A stretch of 64,000 nt of DNA from Pristiophorus japonicus (Eukaryota). The DNA is taken from contig NC_091994.1 of the NCBI RefSeq assembly GCF_044704955.1, positions 25,606,001-25,670,000 on the forward strand, read 5' to 3'. Made by a program: the position numbers and the translations under genes. Of this stretch, positions 36,170-48,591 are shown piece after piece. The stretch's first letter is position 1. Each line of letters starts with the position of its first letter. The notes under the pieces are model-generated. The model saw only the letters and a program-made list of their open reading frames with translations. It was not told where the DNA came from and did not search any database.

Positions 36170-38508
36170 CTGAAGATGTGACATCCCCCTGGCAGGTGTC
36201 ACACATCCATCTATGGCTCCTCCACCCTGCTGCTGGATATTACCAATGCAAGTCCTTTGATCTGTGAAGGAGTAAATGTCTGGGCAGCCAATAAGGACTC
36301 TTTCCATCTGATCAGCAGCATATTGAAGCTGCACTAGAAAGCCTGTTGTAGATTGTCCAAAACCTCCAGAGCACCAGTGGGAATATAACATTTTCAAATT
36401 CTATGGAAAAGATCAAAACATTAGTTATTTCAAAATATGCTTTGAGTTAAAGCTTGCTTTAAAGCAGCTAGATTCTCGTGCTGTTTTGTGAATCCAAAGT
36501 CAGACAAAAGGCAATTAATACAGTAATTGCAAGTTGTTTTTCCCAGAGTCCAAACAATAAGCAATTCGGTGGCTTGTCTCCCTAATTGCTAAACATTTTA
36601 CGCCCATTGTATTAAAGGGTTTTGATCTCTTCCTGATTGCAAGCAGTCAAGAGTAAAGCAGAATGTTATATACCTTAAAAAGACAGTCTCGCTTCTGGCA
36701 GTCAGGCAACAAAAAACAGGTGACTAAAGTTTCGGCAGATGAGTGGGGAAAGTTCCATATGATTCCATGTATAATAATTGCCTTCTCTGTCTACTCTTTT
36801 CATTGAAATGGACACAATGTTTTCTCTTCCAATTTTTTTAAATGTCCAAATATATAGGAAAGAACAAAGAATTGGCAAATGTTTTTAATATAGCAATAGG
36901 GATAGACAATTTGGTAAAATCTTGACATATTTTGTTAATGCTTCAAAGCAATCCATTAATACAGGACCAGAGGGGCCGGATGATAGCATTTATATGAAGT
37001 CAGTGTCTGATGTTTAATGTTAAAGCAGTGACCTCCTGAGCAAATATGGACATCGCTGTCTTATTTTATAAAGGGAATGCCAGTTACCTTTTCAAGCCAG
37101 GATATAAAGTCCTGATGTTGATGAATTGGTGAAAAATAGAAAAAGGTCTGTTTTATCACCTGGACGGAAGAGAGAGAGAGAAAAATAGTTGCTATCTCAC
37201 CATTCTATTCCAGTGGCTGGTGCCCATTAAACAATAGTGGAAAATCAATAAATCATTAACAAAATCACGATTGTTGACAATACTGCTAATTGTCCTGGAT
37301 CTAAATCATCGTCATGGAATAATGCCCAAGAAAAACTCTCTCTGTTTTAAATTGAGACAAGTAAAAGTGATAGAAATAGGGTTCATCTTTTTTAAAGGGG
37401 AGGGTGAACACCAGTGAACATTAATGTATTCTGACATACACTATTTAAAAATATTTGTTCTTGGTGTGTGCCAAGGCTTCTTCGACAGCACCTCCCCAAC
37501 CCGTGACCTCGACCACCTCGAAGGACAAGTGCAGCAGGCGCATGGGATCACCATCATCACCAAGCTCCCCTCCAAGTCACACACTACACTGACTTGGGAA
37601 TATATCGCCATTCCTTCATCATCACTGTGTCAAAATCCTGGAATGCCTTACCTAACAGTACTATGGGCTCAATTTTCCCCGGTCATTTGCACCGTTTTTT
37701 TGCTGTGAGCCGCTTTTTTTGGCATAAGTTTTTAAGTTAAAGTTTCCCCAAGGAATCTGCGCCAGCGTAACCGAGTTAGTTACGATTTTTTAAGGTTTTT
37801 TGATGTTCCCTCATGTCTGCGCCAGTTTTTATCATTCTTCAAAGTTTGCCCAAAGTTTTTTTATCCTAGGTCGACGTATTTGATCACTCCCGAAAATCCT
37901 TCCAGTTAGTTAAGAGAAAGCAGCGCACATTAAAAATCAGCGCTGAAAGACACCATTGTTTTTCCTCGAAGTTTTGGAGGGGGATAAGAACACCTTAAAT
38001 ATGCATAATAAAAATGAAATGTTTGTACCTTACAACAGAGTCAATGGAAGTTTGATGGAATTCTGAACTTTGCATTTTTTTTTTAAAACTCACACCACCA
38101 CTGAACGCCTTCAACCAGGGCTGGAGGGTCGGAACATTGGCCGACAGAATCGTCCCTGCGCCCGGACCCAGGGGCTCAGGGCTCGGCTGCAAAACAAGCC
38201 TGGGAGGGCGGGGGGGGGTTGGGGTAGGTGGCGATCACAAGACTGCACTAGGCATCAAATGAGACCGGGGGGTTTGGGGGGTAAGGGGAGTGGGGGGGGG
38301 AGGAGGTGCTGTTGAACGTGATTGGAAGAAATCACAAGACTGCAATGAGCCCGGTGGGAGGGGGAGGGGGTGGTTTGGGGAAGGGGTTTCCTGATCACTG
38401 TGCTTGCTCAGACCTGGGTGTGGTCCATACAGACCTTGGGGGAGAGAGAACAAAGAACCTTCCCTGCCTTCCTGTCATTTTGAGCTTCTTGAACAGTAGA
38501 ATTTAGGC

Positions 38509-40300
38509 ATGGGGGCAATACTGACAATGCCATACCTTGTGCAAGTCTTCTGCATCATCGTGCAGCAGAGGAGACAATTCATTCAACGTCATCGCATGAG
38601 GAACCTCAGAGCCCATAGGGTGCTGGGCAGGAGGCCTTACCTCGGGTATATCGAGACAGGTGTTCATATCTGCACCTGAGTGATGCAGACTGTGTCAGAA
38701 GGCTGCGTTTCCGCAAATAAGTTGTAACTGAGATCTTTGCGTTGGTGCGACAGACCTGTAACTTAGAAGCATCAGCAGGACTGCTTTGTCAGTTGAAGTG
38801 AAGGCTACAGATGCACTTTGATTCTATGCATCCAGATCCTTCCAAACTACAACTGGGGATGTGTGCTCCATTTCTCAACATGCAACACATGTCTGCATTC
38901 AGCAGGTGACTGCTGCACTATATGCTCGGAGGAATTACTACAAAAGGTTCCCCATGACGGCCCAGGCAATGCGTGACAAGGCTGTGGGCTTCTACAGGAT
39001 TGCTGGCTTCCCAAAGGTACAGGGCCACATTGATTGTACCCACTTCGCCCTGCAAGAACCTTTGGAGGATTCCGAGATGTACAGGAACAGAAAATGCTTC
39101 CACTCCATTAATGTAGAGCTCTTGCGTGATGACATGCGTCACATCATGTCAGTTGATGCAAGATACCCTGGGAGCACCCATGATGCGTTCATCCTACGTG
39201 AGAGCATTATATCTGCCATGTTTCAGCAGCAGCCAGAAGGGCAGAGCTGGCTACTGGGAGACAAAGGGTACGGCCTCGCTGCCTGGCTCATAAGAACACA
39301 AGAACATAAGAAATAGGAATAGGAGTAGGCCATACGGCCCCTCGAGCCTGCTCCGTCATTCAATAAGATCATGGCTGATCTGATCATAGCTCTACTTCCT
39401 TGCCCGCTTCCCATAGCCCCTTATCATTTAAGAAACTTTCTATTTCTGTCTTAAATTTATTCAATGTCCCAGCTTCCACAGCCCTCTGAGGCAGCGAATT
39501 CCACAGATTTACAACCCTTTGAGAGAAGAAATTTCTCCTCATCTCAGTTTTAAATGGGCGGGCCCCTTATTCTAAGATCAGGCCCTCTAATTCTAGTCTC
39601 CCCCATCAGTGAAAACATCCTCTCTGCATCCACCTTGTCAAGCCCCCTTATAATCTTATACGTTTCGATAAGATCACCTCTCATTCTTCTGAATTCCAAT
39701 GAGTAGAAGCCCAACCTACTCAACTTTTCCTCAACCCCCTCATCTCTGGAATCAACCTAGTGAACCTTCTCTGAACTGCCTCCAAAGCAAGTATATTCTT
39801 TCATAAATATGGAAACCAAAACTGCACGTAGTATTCTAGGTATGGCCTCACCAATACCCTGTATAGCTGTAGCAAGACTTCCCTGCTCATGACGCCCCTA
39901 CACGTAACCTGGACGGAAGCTGACCGGGAATACAACATGTAGCACCTTGCGACGTGCGGCATCATAGAGAGGACCATTGGCATCTTGAAACAGCGTTTCT
40001 GATGTCTGGACCATTCTGGAGGCTACTTGCTAAAGTCCCCTGAGATTGTCGGTCAGTTCACTGTTGTGTGTTGTATGCTGCATAACTTAGTCATCATGAG
40101 GCAGCAGCAGCTGGTAGTAGAAGACCCACCTGAGAGCGGCTGATGATAATGATGAGGAAGATGCAGATGACAAGCAGGAGGAGGACGAGGAAGCCATGCA
40201 AGTACCTGAACCCGGAGCACGATGGCGAAGGAGGACGGGCCATCGTGCCCTTTTAACGATTTCTCGAGCCTTATGTCAGCAGCTCATCCGTGAATGCTTT
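38509..40300 (+). pseudogene. Harbinger DDE transposase (HARBI1-like), with stops, frameshifts and a CR1 insertion
   Basis: AGFPKVQGHIDCTH..YRNRKCFHSINV..ARYPGSTHDAFIL..LLGDKGY..WLMTPL..IIERTIGILKQRF*CLDHSGG..CCMLHNL; acidic C-terminus. Confidence 0.93.
39292..39884 (-). mobile_element. CR1 3' fragment inserted in the transposase
   Basis: Tail aagaacacaagaacataagaa; gctcat duplicated at 39286-39291 and 39885-39890; removal restores WLMTP. Confidence 0.93.
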
Positions 40301-40704
40301 GCTGCTTCAGCGGCAACTATTCCAAATGGACCATGTTTACTGTTTGGACCTGTTCCATAATATTGTGTTGTGTTAATGGAACAAATGATGAAAATTATTC
40401 TTGTTTAATTCAAAAGTTGTGTTAATAATCGAACAAATAATGTAAATGATTCAGTTATAATTTAAAATATATTTTATGCAAAAGTTTAACAAACATTTGC
40501 ACTTAACTTAAATAAAAATATTCTTGTATCAAACTGTAAAATTTTCAGTTAAGATCACATACAAACTTTAAGATAAGTTATTAACTTTAAACTTGTAAAT
40601 TTACATAAGTTACAAAAAACTTTTAATTTGAGAACAGTTACAACAACAACAACAACAACAGCAGCAGCAGCAAAGAAAGGCTGCATCCATCTCTCCTCCT
40701 CCTT

Positions 40705-42617
40705 ATTCTAAGACCACACGCTGTGCTTGGTCTTGATGACTCCACCACCTCTGCCCACAGGTGGTGGCACAGTGTTTCTGGCGTTGGTACTAAGCTTATT
40801 CATCTAACATCTCGGGTAATGCGCACCTGTTGAGGGGGGGGGGGGCTGGCAGGTGGCAATGTGGAGGGCCCGGCTTGGGGCTCTTCAGAGGCTGGTCTGG
40901 GGAATGGAGTGGGAGTGGCAGTTGATTCTGTCAATGAGCCAGAGGTCTGGGCATGTTCCCTTAATTGCAGCAGCTAACTCTAACATGCCCTCCCTAATGC
41001 GCAATGACAGTGTCTCAATTACCTCCAACATTCCCTGCCTTATGTTGAGCAAAAGTGTCTCAACTACCTGCAACATTCCCTCTTTCATGATCACTGAGAG
41101 TGTTTGAACTACCTGTGACATTCCCTCACTCATGTTCACTGTTTGAATGATCTTTGACATTCGCTCCCTCATGGTCACCGACAGCGCATCAGCTACCTAT
41201 GACATTCCCTCCCTCGTGTTCATTGACATGGCTTCAGCTGACTGAGATATTTCCTCAATCATGGTCCCGGACATCGTTCCCGTTTCTCATGAGAGCGTTG
41301 TTACTTCTCCCGACAGTCCCGATACCTCATCACCCACCCCACTAATGGTGTCCAGGAGTGATCGCATAAGGTCAATGCTCTCCGCACTCATTGCCGTCAT
41401 CTGAACCACATCTGTTAGATCCTGCACCTTAGGAGAGTGCTGTCGAGCTCTCCTTCTCCTCCTCACCCTGGGTGTGGCTCGCAGCATCCCAGTGGGACCC
41501 GCAGCCTCGGACGGTGGGGCCCTGGGCGTGCCTTGCTGCACCTCACCACTGGAACCCGCAGCCTCGGACGGTGGGGCCCTGGGTGTGCCTTGCTGCACCT
41601 CACCACTAGAACCCGCAGCCACGGAAGGTGGGAAACCATGGAATGTCCCACCAACACTCAAACCACTGGTCAGGGAAGGGGCTGGCAACTCAATGAGCGG
41701 CACCTGCACCTGCTCAAAAGTGAGTACAACAGTGAGGGCTTCACCCATCCCCTCTCCCTCACCCCCATGCTCTTGGTCTGGAAGGTGGGATTGAAAGATG
41801 TTCTCCTCTTCAGGTTCGTCCTCATCTGAATCTTCTTCTGCATTGTCAGGGTTGGCCTCAAGTTCTGCAAAATATAACAGAACAGTCAAGAGGTTAGCAG
41901 CAAAGGAGGTGGCAGGCTGGCATGAATAGGCTCACACAGCGCATGCAGCAGGCTGATTTGAAGGACCATGATGAGCTATAGCGCACTGCATCAACTGAAG
42001 TATAGCTGACAGAGACATCACCATGAACCGAAGCATGGCTAGCCCGCGCAGTACTTAACATTTAGCAAAGGCAGACTGTGGAATTTGCAGGACTTGCCCT
42101 CTCCCTCGAGTGTGGGCTCAGCTTGAGCAGTGGTGGTTGCTTTTCTCCAGGCAGGACCCATCAAAGCAGCGACCCTGTCTTCCAAGGGTGTCAGTGGCTG
42201 CAGATTTGCTGGGCCTCTTCCTTATCGAGTTCTTTCCCTTTTGTTATGTGCCACTTTCCTCTGCAATGATGAAAATACAACTTTTTCGAGAGGGTGTCTT
42301 TCTGCTGGATGGGACATATACAGCTGGTCACATTTACATTACAATTGCAATTGCATTGAATAAATGAAAATATTACATACACTAACTACTTGACCAAGGT
42401 CCTGCCACTTCTTTTTGCACTGGCCTCCAGATCTCGGGGTGGTCACCATTGCACAGTAATCTTCTGCAAGTTGGTTCCAGCATCTCTTCATTTCTTTGGG
42501 TGGAACTTCTATGTGACCTCTGCTAGTGTCCAGCTCCTGCCATCAGGCCTCAATCACAATAACTAATGCCTCCATTTCACCCTGTAAGAAATTCTTGGTC
42601 CTTGCACCGCATTGCAT
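40705..42617 (-). pseudogene. Harbinger Myb/SANT-like (trihelix) partner gene, 3 exons (~42617-42381, 42260-42098, 41864-~40705)
   Basis: Exon 1 MQCGARTKNFLQGEMEALV..CWNQLAEDY..RSGGQCKKKWQDL then gtatgt; exon 2 RKVAHNKRERTR*GRG..LTPLEDRVAALMG then gcaagt; exon 3 acidic, Pro-rich and coiled-coil-like. In-frame stops present; 3' end approximate. Confidence 0.85.
41497..41630. repeat. 57-bp coding tandem repeat (~2.3 units)
   Basis: Encodes PPSEAAGSSGEVQQGTPRA-type repeats in ORF 41287-41889. Confidence 0.9.
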
Positions 42618-43149
42618 CTTGCATTGCAGCTCCGATTTTTCCAATGTTCTCACACAGCAGTCAACGTTCTCACACACACAACTAGCTCTTTAAAAATGGC
42701 CCATTGCAGACTGGGAGCTGTACTGCGCATGCGCGCCCATAGTAAAAACATCAAAATCTTCCTTTTTTTTCGCGCATGTGCAGAAAGTGCAACATCGTTC
42801 TTTCGCCGCAGACAGCAGGTTCCACCCCGCCCCCGCCCCCCCCCCTCCCCCCCGGCAACTGGACAGGCTGCACAATGCCAATTTTGAGAAATACAGTGGG
42901 GAAACTTGGCACAAATACTTTCAGTATTTCTGGCCTTGAAAAACGGGTGTAACTCTGGCAATACGCCAAAAACCGGCTTTGGGCAAAATTGAGCCCATTG
43001 TCAGTAACTTCACCACATGAACTGCAGCTGTTCAAGGCGGTGGCTCACCACCACCTTCTCAAAGGCAGCTAGGGATGGGCAATAAATGCTGGCCTTGCCA
43101 GCAATGCCCAGATCCAAAGAATTAATAAGTAAAAAAATATATATAATGT

Positions 43150-43275
43150 CTCATCCAAAATGATGACAATGCAGCACTCCTTCACTGGAGTACCAACCTA
43201 GGTCGTGTGCTCAATTCTTGGAAGCAAAGCTTTCTGACTGAGAGGCAAGAATGCTACCACTGAACCAAGCTGGCA
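43150..43275 (-). mobile_element. SINE 5' fragment (DeuSINE-like tRNA-related head)
   Basis: gacaatgcagcactcc..ttctgactgagaggcaagaatgctaccactgaacca resembles the reverse complement of a SINE head with A-box ggttcagtggtagca. Confidence 0.55.
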
Positions 43276-43499
43276 CAAAAAAGGTCAACAAGAACCAAGA
43301 GCTCTCACAATAGCCACTATTAAAAGAAGATTTCATATGAAAAAAATATTGTACAGTCATTTTCACTCCTCACTTTCCTTGTTCTTTGTTATCCTTCCTT
43401 GATTCCTTTGTCATGTACAGCTTTATTTTCTGTTCTTTTCCTGTCTTCATTTTGTAATAGATTTTCACAGATTTCTCCCTTTTGCCTGAAGATTTTGCC

Positions 43500-43815
43500 T
43501 GATGCAGGTATATGTGTCCAAAGGCCAGCACCTCAGCTAAAAGGCCAGTCTTCATGAATAAACCTAGACAGTGAGTGTTGGCCAGGTATTCGACTGTGGG
43601 GAGACAATTAGTGGATCTGATCTTACTCTCAGCCGAATGTCCACACATGCACATCAACAGGGGTTACAGGATCGTGATCAGGATCATGTGACCTGGTCCA
43701 TTTTGCCTTCATAGCTCACGGGCACTGAGGCTAATTTCCGTGCTGTTCACTGGCCGAGCGGAGGTTGGCGTGCTCAGCATAGACAAGGAATGAAATATGG
43801 AGCATTTCTGGTCCA
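43500..43815 (-). mobile_element. LF-SINE-like element
   Basis: Minus strand reads cccacagtcgaatacctggccaacactcactgtctaggtttattcatgaagactggcc, matching the recalled LF-SINE core. Confidence 0.7.
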
Positions 43816-43873
43816 TTTATCAACAGAGTTATCAGAGGAACCACTTCCTCTTTCTGGTAATCATGGGATCCAG

Positions 43874-44172
43874 ATGTTAGTGAAAATAAATTCACATAGA
43901 CTCTGGTAAGGTAAGAGAGACAACTTTATTGCTAACAGAGCTCTGGGAGAAGAGTTGAGGTCCCGCGACCTGCGAATCACCTTCTCCCCGAGTGCCTTGT
44001 GCCGCGGGGTTATAAGCAGTTTACAGGGGGCGGAATACAATCATTTAAATTCATTTACATACAACCAATCAATCCATATAGCAATGCAATTCATTTATAT
44101 ACAACCAATCAATCCATATGGCAACGCAATTCATTTACATACAACTTTTTAGTCCTAGTGAAACCTGATAGC
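43874..44172 (-). mobile_element. Probable solo LTR with internal ~39-bp CCAAT-containing tandem repeat
   Basis: TG..CA ends; minus-strand AATAAA (~43925) and TATA-like (~44010); aattcatttacatacaaccaatcaatccatatagcaatgc repeated at 44048-44145; no TSD found. Confidence 0.5.
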
Positions 44173-44989
44173 ATGGCGCAAGTTTGGGGGCCCTTCCTCT
44201 GTATCTTCTTTTGTGGTTAGTTATTCTGTTGCAAAGCTTTCTATGAAACAGTGGCCTGCACCTGGCCAGGAGTCACTTGTTGCTGCAGAGTTCATATCAG
44301 GGACAGCAGATCGGCTTCTTGGTACAAAGTTCATTGAGTGGTGGCTTACCCCATCCTGCTTTGCTTTGACCGAAAATCCAATCCAACACAGAAAAGAAAG
44401 GAACAAGTAAACAAATGAACTCAATAAAACTGGCATTGTATGGTAGAACTGTAACTTTATATTTCAGTTTATTTCTACACATTGTAAATCTCTATGGATC
44501 TGGAAGGCTCTTCTGTTGCCTATAAATCATGTCAATTTTACACCCATATATCTCATCTCTCAATCTACACCTGAAACTTGAATAAAATATTTATTTAGGA
44601 AACAATGGTAGGGTCATTTTTACAGAACTAGGGCTGGAGCCAAAAAACTCAGCAATTAAAGAAAGATTGACTGAAGCAGGCATCAAAGATTTTTTTTCAA
44701 TGAACATTGTTTTTCAAGAAAGAAGCAGAGTTTTCTTTCTATTCTTACAAAATATACAATAAAAATAAAAGCTTTTGGATGACCGCCAAGAAATCCAGAT
44801 GTTCTAGAAATAATCATAAATGTTGACGATGTTGAATAGCCGCCAAGAAATCCAGATGTCAAAGAAATATTCGGTGGAAATCGTAAAAAAATAAGGCTGT
44901 GGCTTTTAGTTTATCTGTGTGCATTTCAATGGGCTGTTGGACAGTGTTGGCTCCATTTCTGATGTGTTATACAGACCTGCCTCATATAG

Positions 44990-45110
44990 TGCCGCAGCTA
45001 TACAATAATAGTGTAGCAGCTATACAGTAATAGTGTAGCAGCTAAACAGTAATAATGCAGCAGCTAAACAGTAATAATGCAGCAGCTATACAGCACTAAC
45101 ATGCAGCAGG
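44990..45110. repeat. 21-bp minisatellite (~5 units)
   Basis: Variants of gtgtagcagctatacagtaata in tandem. Confidence 0.85.
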
Positions 45111-45493
45111 GAAGCTCACATGGACGCCATCAATGGCAAGGACCTTCCACAAAACAATGAACCAAATGTAAGTGTATATAAACAAACATGCACAGAGCTT
45201 TTAAACAAGATTTATAGAAGGAAAACCAGAGACAAAGAAAATGATATGAAATTCTAATTTTTAATCGAAGAAAAAAAAAGGAGGTCATTCCTAATACTGT
45301 GCGCCTAATGCTAATGTTATCTGGACTGAAGTTATACTATTGGTGATGTGCGACTGTTATAATTCCTTTAGAGTGAAGCGCACATGCATGCCACATAAAA
45401 TACCTTTAAAATTCTAGGCAGCGGCCATATTCATCAGTTAGAGAATATCTTCTCCTAAACTAGTCATCGTGTCAATGATTAGCAAGTTATAAT

Positions 45494-46190
45494 GGGCTAG
45501 AAATTTGGTATCATCCAGGTTGGGACGTTGATCTTTGAGAATTTGGAAGTTTAGCACCAGGCGCTAATCATTCACGCTGCCCGCTAAATTCAGACTCAGT
45601 GCTCAAAGAATGCAGGGGAGCGCTAAATCAGGCGCTAATGGCGGAGGTGAGTGGCATTAGGCTCCAGGCAATAACGAATATGAGGTGTGTAATTGGGAGT
45701 GAGCATTGGCGAAGGTGCCTTCCAGCCATTAAAGGGGAGGGTCACTGGAGTCTGCACACCAGCCCCCAATGATTCAGGGAATGCAGAACGGCGATTTGCT
45801 GTGGGATGAAATGCACTCCCGGGACTAAGCAGCCTTTATTTGGCTACAGATACATCCTGCATTCTCTGACACTCATAAGTGACCTTTGGAACGGAAGTTC
45901 CTTGACTGCTGGGGTGCATCGTTTTAAAAGGCACCCCGCCAGCCGCCAGCCGCCTGGTTCACGCCTCCGCTCCCTGGCGCTGTTTGGCGCGAGGCGGTAA
46001 GATGGGGGAGACCTTATTGAAGTTTGCAGATCGGGCGGCCGTCATTGCACGTTCACTGACATCACAATCTGCATGGCGAAAGGTGCCTAGGCACTAACTG
46101 TTAATTGTCGTGCGGCGCAGGATTCGCCCTGCAGCAGCGTTACTTCCTGAGGTGCTAACTGGGGATGCAAACATGCTGAATTTCTCCCCC
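45494..46190. mobile_element. Non-autonomous PIF/Harbinger-like element
   Basis: TIRs gggctagaaatt ... aatttctccccc; CpG-rich with repeated gcgcta motifs as in 6958-7640 and 49596-50322. Confidence 0.7.
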
Positions 46191-46277
46191 AAAATGTTTG
46201 GCAAATGATACATTGAAGTGCCATTTTGTTAAATTGTTTCAGCTGTAAATTAAAGATATTCAGTTGTCCATTGATAT

Positions 46278-46389
46278 TGGGGTATGGGGAAGGAGCAGGG
46301 GAGTGGGACTAATTGGATAGCTTTTTCAAAGAGCCCGCACAGGCATCATGGGCCACATGGCTTCCTTCTGTGCTGTATGATTCTATGAT
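46278..46389 (+). mobile_element. CR1 3' tail fragment
   Basis: ggggtatgggga..gggcc..atggcttccttctgtgctgtatgattctatga. Confidence 0.75.
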
Positions 46390-48591
46390 ACGTTACCAAA
46401 GTAACTTTTTAAACCAGGTTCACTGAATGCAGAACCAGGGAACCAGGATTTGGAGTTAAGGAAGACATGGCTCAACATAGCTGAAGGAGTAACTGCTGCA
46501 CATTTGGAGATTTTTTACTTAGTGCGGTGGACATTTGCCTAGTTGAAGCATTCAAAAAGGAATGGATAGAGCCCTGATTCAGCAAGGAGTGGCGGGAGCT
46601 GAGCTGAGCAGCGTGGCGAGAGGAAAATGAAAATAATCAGAGCAGATCCAAGAGAGACTTTCCTTCTTCCGGCATTCTTACAGTCTGCTATTTTCGGGAT
46701 TGTCTCGAATGTTATAAATAGGGCACGGAAAATAAAGGAGACATTTTGTGGTTTCAAATCAAATGTTTTTCGCCACGTAGCTGACTTAAGGCTATAAATT
46801 AAGATACTTTCTTTGTTAACAAAAGACAAAGCTTATTAAAGGCCAAGTGTTTGATTTGCCACTGTTAGGCCCATCATAAAAAATTCAATAGTTTTAATAC
46901 GCATCTTTAATGTGCTTTTTAACTAAAACCATTCATCATTGCTTTTACACGAAGCCTTGATATTCTTTTTCATTGGTCTGAAGAGTACAGTGACCTGTTG
47001 TTAAAAATAGTATCGTAAATCAAATCTACATATCCCATTTACCCACTTTTGTTGGTGTCATTAAAGCTCTTCACAGTCACAACAATTCTACCAAAAATAA
47101 TTTGTGAGCTTCCTCCGAGTAAAGCAGACAAGAGTTTTCGCCGACTGCCGACATCTTAACATATTTAAATGACTTTCCTGAGAAATTAATTTATCTGCAA
47201 TGTGCCTCAATCTTAATTGATCGACTTCAAACAGCCAATTAATATTTAAAATCATTCTGCTAATCAATAATTAATATTGAATTAGTTTAAGTCTTGAAGC
47301 AGTAAATTGCAATGCGCTACAATGAAACCATTTTTTTCCCTTAAAATTCTGCATTCATTTGGTGCACACAGCCATTTAGGAGTGGTTGCATGCTCGCCAT
47401 TTTTTGATGTGCGCTGGTGGTGAGTGAGGCTCCATGCAGCCAGCGCTTATTCAAAATGCTTTGGCTATAATGCAAGGGATGAAATGGAATATAAATGTGG
47501 CCAGTGGAATAGAGCCACTGTTCATTCTAGCTGTTTTCATACTGGTGCTGTTTTAGTTGGGATTCCGGCAGATCAGTAATTTGGTGCAACATGCAAATAA
47601 AAAATCAAATTAAATTAAATTAAAAAACCAAATTAAAAACAGAAACATAATTAGCAAAAAGTGCACTTAAAAATATTTGAGTGGAGATGTTTCACATTGG
47701 TGTAATACAGGGTACTCTTTTTAATTTATGATTAGTATATGTTGGAACCTTATTCTGCATCTACTGACCTGAGAGTACTTGATACTAGCACCATATGCAA
47801 ATAGTTGGAAAATATGTTGTTTCCCATCAAAGAGATCCCCAAGTAATCAGTATCTGCTCCACAAACTGAAAATGTTGGCAAAGAGTCAAAATAAAATTAA
47901 CTGGTATTAGACAAAGTCCGTATGCAAGTTATTGCATTCTAGCCTTTGGCCTCCAGCAGTGGTACCAGGCCGGGTATGTATGTTTTACCATGAATTAGAA
48001 CATGGCATTGTGCTTATGCAGAAGATGCCAAGTTCTTCAAGTTGTCCATCTACAATTGGCACACATGTGGCCCAATTTGATTCAGCTCTGATTAGAAATG
48101 TTTTTGATCCAATCTAAGATGGCACAGGGATGGCTTTAAATGATGCAAAGCCACCATTTAATGATTGATTTTAGAGACAAGCAGTTGGAAATGTTTGAGC
48201 CAGCATTGCAACAATGCAAAAACTGCTCTGGGCAGTTCTGCTGCAGGAGCTCCTCAAACTGACAATTGGTTATATTTTCCCCCGCTCCTTAATTCCAGAG
48301 AAAAAGTAGACACATGTATCAGAAAAACAGGAAGCAACACTAAAACAATTAAGTAACTTAGGTGAAGGGGCAGGATGCCACCAAGATTGAAAAGTGTAGT
48401 TTAAAAGATGAGGTAAAATCAAGAAATAATGATTAGCTGACGTCAAGTTTAAGCTTTAAAAGCATGAAGCTTGTAGCAGAAGAAAATGCAGTGAAATATA
48501 TATACGGGATATACACGGTGAAATACATCACTCATTGAAAATTTGCACGTCCTACAGAGTACGATTACCCATATTTTGTATTTCCAGTATT

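Larger units (their letters stand above)
37665..42996. mobile_element. Full-length, decayed two-gene PIF/Harbinger DNA transposon
   Basis: 16-bp TIRs gggctcaattttcccc / gggcaaaattgagccc (1 mismatch); convergent transposase (+) and Myb/SANT (-) genes; no clean 3-bp TSD (tat/att). Confidence 0.93.
37468..43130 (+). mobile_element. 3' end of an unassigned LINE family, split by the Harbinger element (pieces 37468-37664 and 42997-43130)
   Basis: PRLLRQHLPNP..-like coding remnant; resumes after the TIR as gcagctgttcaaggcggtggctcaccaccaccttctc..gggatgggcaataaatgctggcc; same family as 51335-51663. Confidence 0.8.

Noticed and set aside
38861-39316. Domesticated HARBI1 gene
   Set aside because: It lies between TIRs, has stops and frameshifts, and is interrupted by a CR1; it is a transposon copy.
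44990-45110. CRISPR-like array
   Set aside because: Contiguous 21-bp units with no unique spacers; ordinary minisatellite.
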